Assembly: GCA_964399255.1 (NCBI GenBank)
Contig: CAYNQH010000001.1
Coordinates: forward strand, 1 to 26,792
Direction of reading: 5' to 3'
DNA length: 26,792 nucleotides
From: an uncultured Methanosarcinales archaeon
GTDB lineage: Archaea; Nanobdellota; Nanobdellia; Woesearchaeales; CAYNQH01
Shown here in pieces: positions 24,518 to 26,792 of the stretch; the stretch's first letter is position 1, and the number at the start of each line of letters is the position of its first letter. The notes under the pieces are model-generated. The model had not been told where the DNA came from and searched no databases. It worked only from the letters and a program-made list of their open reading frames with translations. Both the position numbers and the translations under genes were made by a program.

Positions 24518-24712
24518 ATGGCCAGTACGGATCCGAAAAAAATCCTGAATTCTATCAAAGAGATAATAATAGAGAATGAGAAGATGAAGAAAGAGATCTC
24601 TGAGCTTAAGAGGGAAGTGATGCTCCTAAGACAGAGGGATACTCTGCTTGCACGTTCTGTACTCAGGCTTTACAAAGGTAATGCTTCTCCAAAGAAGGGG
24701 AAGAAGAGATAA
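24518..24712 (+). CDS. Small basic coiled-coil hypothetical protein (64 aa; track start 24485)
   Basis: Heptad-like ENEKMKKEISELKREVMLLRQRD and a K/R-rich tail. The promoter position favours ATG 24518. Confidence 0.6.
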   Translation: MASTDPKKILNSIKEIIIENEKMKKEISELKREVMLLRQRDTLLARSVLRLYKGNASPKKGKKR

Positions 24713-24907
24713 GATTTCGGTAATGATAAGGGATATGCTGCCTTTGTAATCTGTCTGTCGCCTATATAATATGAGCTATTTTTGCGATTATGAATCGGCA
24801 TTCTGTATAATTAATGTGAAAAAGTTATGAGATTAATAATTTATAGTTATTTTTTTAAAGTAAAAGATTAAATTTAGGTGTTTTTTATCTGGAATATTGA
24901 GTCATGC

Positions 24908-24924
24908 CAAAACATTTTTAAATA
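24908..24924 (+). promoter_or_regulatory. BRE + TATA promoter of topA, leaderless spacing
   Basis: CAAAACATT-TTTAAATA ending 22 nt before ATG 24947. No SD present. Confidence 0.6.
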
Positions 24925-24946
24925 AACCTTTACTTCTTTGGATTTT

Positions 24947-26792
24947 ATGAAATATGAGCTTATCATCGCAGAGAAGCCTAATGCAGCAAAGAAGATCGCA
25001 GAAGCTCTTGCTGACGGAAAGCCAATCAAAGAGGCGGTGAACGGTGTTCCTTATTATAAGGTCACTCACGGGAACCAGGATATTGTCGTAGGAGCTGCAG
25101 TAGGCCATCTATATAACCTTATTGAGAAAGACAAGAAAGGATGGACCTATCCTATATTTGATGTCAAGTGGGAAGAGTCTGCCAAGGTAAGCAAAGGTTC
25201 TGCTTTCAACAAGAAATATCTCGCAGTAATAAAGAAGCTCTGCAAAGATGCTGATAAGTTTGTAGTAGCGACAGATTATGATGTAGAAGGCGAAGTAATA
25301 GGCCTTAACATCATAAGGTTTGCGTGCAAGCAGAAAGATGCCCGCAGGATGAAATTCTCAACCTTGACTAAGGGGGATCTTATAGAGGCATATGACAATG
25401 CAGAAAAGCATCTTGATTGGGGCCAGGCCAATGCAGGGGTTGCAAGGCATGAGATGGACTGGTACTATGGCATCAACCTCTCAAGGGCGCTTAGCCTAGC
25501 TGTCAAGTCAACAGGGTCTTTCAAGCTGCTCTCTTCAGGAAGGGTCCAGGGACCTGCACTTAAGATACTTGTTGACAGGGAGAAGGAGATAAAGGCTTTC
25601 AAGCCTGTGCCTTTCTGGCAGATCGATCTTAAGGGTCTGGCAAAGGATAGCGAGATAATAGCGTGGCATAAGGAAGACAAGTTCTGGGAGAAATCAAAGG
25701 CAGATATCGTCATGGAGAAGGTCAAGGGCCAGAAGGCTTTTGTAGACAAACTGGATAATAAGCAGTTCAAGCAGTCACCACCTACACCTTTTGACCTGAC
25801 CACGATGCAGGTAGAAGCTTATCGCGTGTTCAAGATAAACCCTAAGGCCACCCTTGAAGCGGCGCAGGAGCTTTACACTAAAGGATATATATCCTATCCG
25901 AGAACATCTTCCCAGCAGTTGTCAGAGAAGATAGGTTTCAACAAGATACTTACTGACCTCAAGAAGCAGGACTTCTATAGGGATCTTGCCCAGAACCTCC
26001 TCAATAAAGGCAGCCTCAAGCCTAACAACGGCAAGAAGACTGATCCTGCGCATCCTGCTATCTATCCTACCGGCCAGATAGGCAGCATAACCGGCGAACA
26101 GGCAAAGATATATGACCTCATAGTCAGGAGATTCCTCGCGACTTTCGGAGAGCCTGCTGTAAGAGAGACCATGACTATCGACATCGATGTCAATAAAGAG
26201 ATATTCATAGCAAAAGGGACAAGGACTGTAGAGCCTGGATGGCATATATACTACGGTCCATTCGTTAGGCTTGAGGAAGAAGAGCTTCCGGCAGTCCAGA
26301 AAGGAGAGGAGATCAAGGTCAAGAAGATAACCTTATATGATAAGGAGACACAGCCACCTAAAAGGTATACTCAGGCTTCCATAATCAAGGAGCTTGAGAA
26401 AAGAAACTTAGGCACGAAAGCTACACGAGCTGCAATCCTTGACAATCTTTACCATAGAGGTTATGTCGACGGATTCTCTATGCAGGCTACAGAGCTGGGC
26501 ATAAGGACTGTTGAGGTCCTTGAGAAATATTCCCCTGAGATACTTGATGAGGAGCTCACAAGGCATTTTGAAGAGGAGATGGACCTGATAAGGGAGGAGA
26601 AGAAGACAGGCGAACAGGTTCTTGAAGAGGTCAAGACAGTGCTCACAAAACTCCTGAAAGGTTTCAAGGCAAAGGAGAAGAGCATAGGAGAAGAGCTCCT
26701 GAAAGCTACGACAGAGACAAGGGATGAGCTCAGCTATATAGGAGCATGCCCTAAATGCGGCGACGGCGTGCTACAGAAGAGGAAAGGCAGGT
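24947..26792 (+). CDS. topA: DNA topoisomerase type IA (archaeal TopA/Topo III), 3'-truncated by window edge
   Basis: Not in the ORF track because there is no stop in the window. MKYELIIAEKPNAAKKIA, VGHL, TOPRIM ATDYDVEGEVIG, SSGRVQGPAL, active-site GYISYPRT (Tyr at 25895), HPAIYPT, LGTKATRA, and a zinc ribbon starting CPKCG at the end. Confidence 0.97.
   Translation, partial: MKYELIIAEKPNAAKKIAEALADGKPIKEAVNGVPYYKVTHGNQDIVVGAAVGHLYNLIEKDKKGWTYPIFDVKWEESAKVSKGSAFNKKYLAVIKKLCKDADKFVVATDYDVEGEVIGLNIIRFACKQKDARRMKFSTLTKGDLIEAYDNAEKHLDWGQANAGVARHEMDWYYGINLSRALSLAVKSTGSFKLLSSGRVQGPALKILVDREKEIKAFKPVPFWQIDLKGLAKDSEIIAWHKEDKFWEKSKADIVMEKVKGQKAFVDKLDNKQFKQSPPTPFDLTTMQVEAYRVFKINPKATLEAAQELYTKGYISYPRTSSQQLSEKIGFNKILTDLKKQDFYRDLAQNLLNKGSLKPNNGKKTDPAHPAIYPTGQIGSITGEQAKIYDLIVRRFLATFGEPAVRETMTIDIDVNKEIFIAKGTRTVEPGWHIYYGPFVRLEEEELPAVQKGEEIKVKKITLYDKETQPPKRYTQASIIKELEKRNLGTKATRAAILDNLYHRGYVDGFSMQATELGIRTVEVLEKYSPEILDEELTRHFEEEMDLIREEKKTGEQVLEEVKTVLTKLLKGFKAKEKSIGEELLKATTETRDELSYIGACPKCGDGVLQKRKGR

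Noticed and set aside
24713-24907. 195-bp AT-rich gap before topA as a possible RNA gene or origin
   Set aside because: No tRNA fold, stable hairpin, repeated ORB-like box or C/D pair could be found by eye.

Overview
Archaeal chromosomal window. Evidence: AglB/STT3, a geranylgeranyl reductase, an archaeal Lon-like S16 protease, a type IA topoisomerase, and repeated BRE+TATA promoters of the form C/GAAA-N(1-4)-TTTA(A/T)A(T/A)A. A DPANN/Woesearchaeota-like origin is my inference from protein style and is not proven. The left half (1-14556) is a cell-surface glycosylation locus. A tightly coupled minus-strand run of about 11 kb reads aglB fused to a parvulin PPIase, GT2, DUF2304, GT9 heptosyltransferase, ADP-heptose-type nucleotidyltransferase, GT2, AsnB-type amidotransferase, GT-C-like membrane protein and a small membrane partner, with a geranylgeranyl reductase directly upstream. 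It converges on a paralogous plus-strand GT-C-like/small-partner module. The right half holds an Ig-domain surface protein, MEMO1/AmmeMemoRadiSam B, three uncharacterised membrane proteins, an AT-rich methyltransferase whose 3' end overlaps a relic of the neighbouring PLD gene, a PLD-family protein, a degenerate TtuA/Ncs6-like protein, a secreted Lon-like protease, a small coiled-coil ORF and a topA that runs off the window (absent from the ORF track). The most unusual non-coding signal is at 22328-22559: an orphan promoter followed by two repeated anti-Shine-Dalgarno-plus-hairpin units ending in T8, facing a possible C/D-box RNA. No tRNA, rRNA, CRISPR array or transposase was seen. All family calls come from motif recognition, not database searches.
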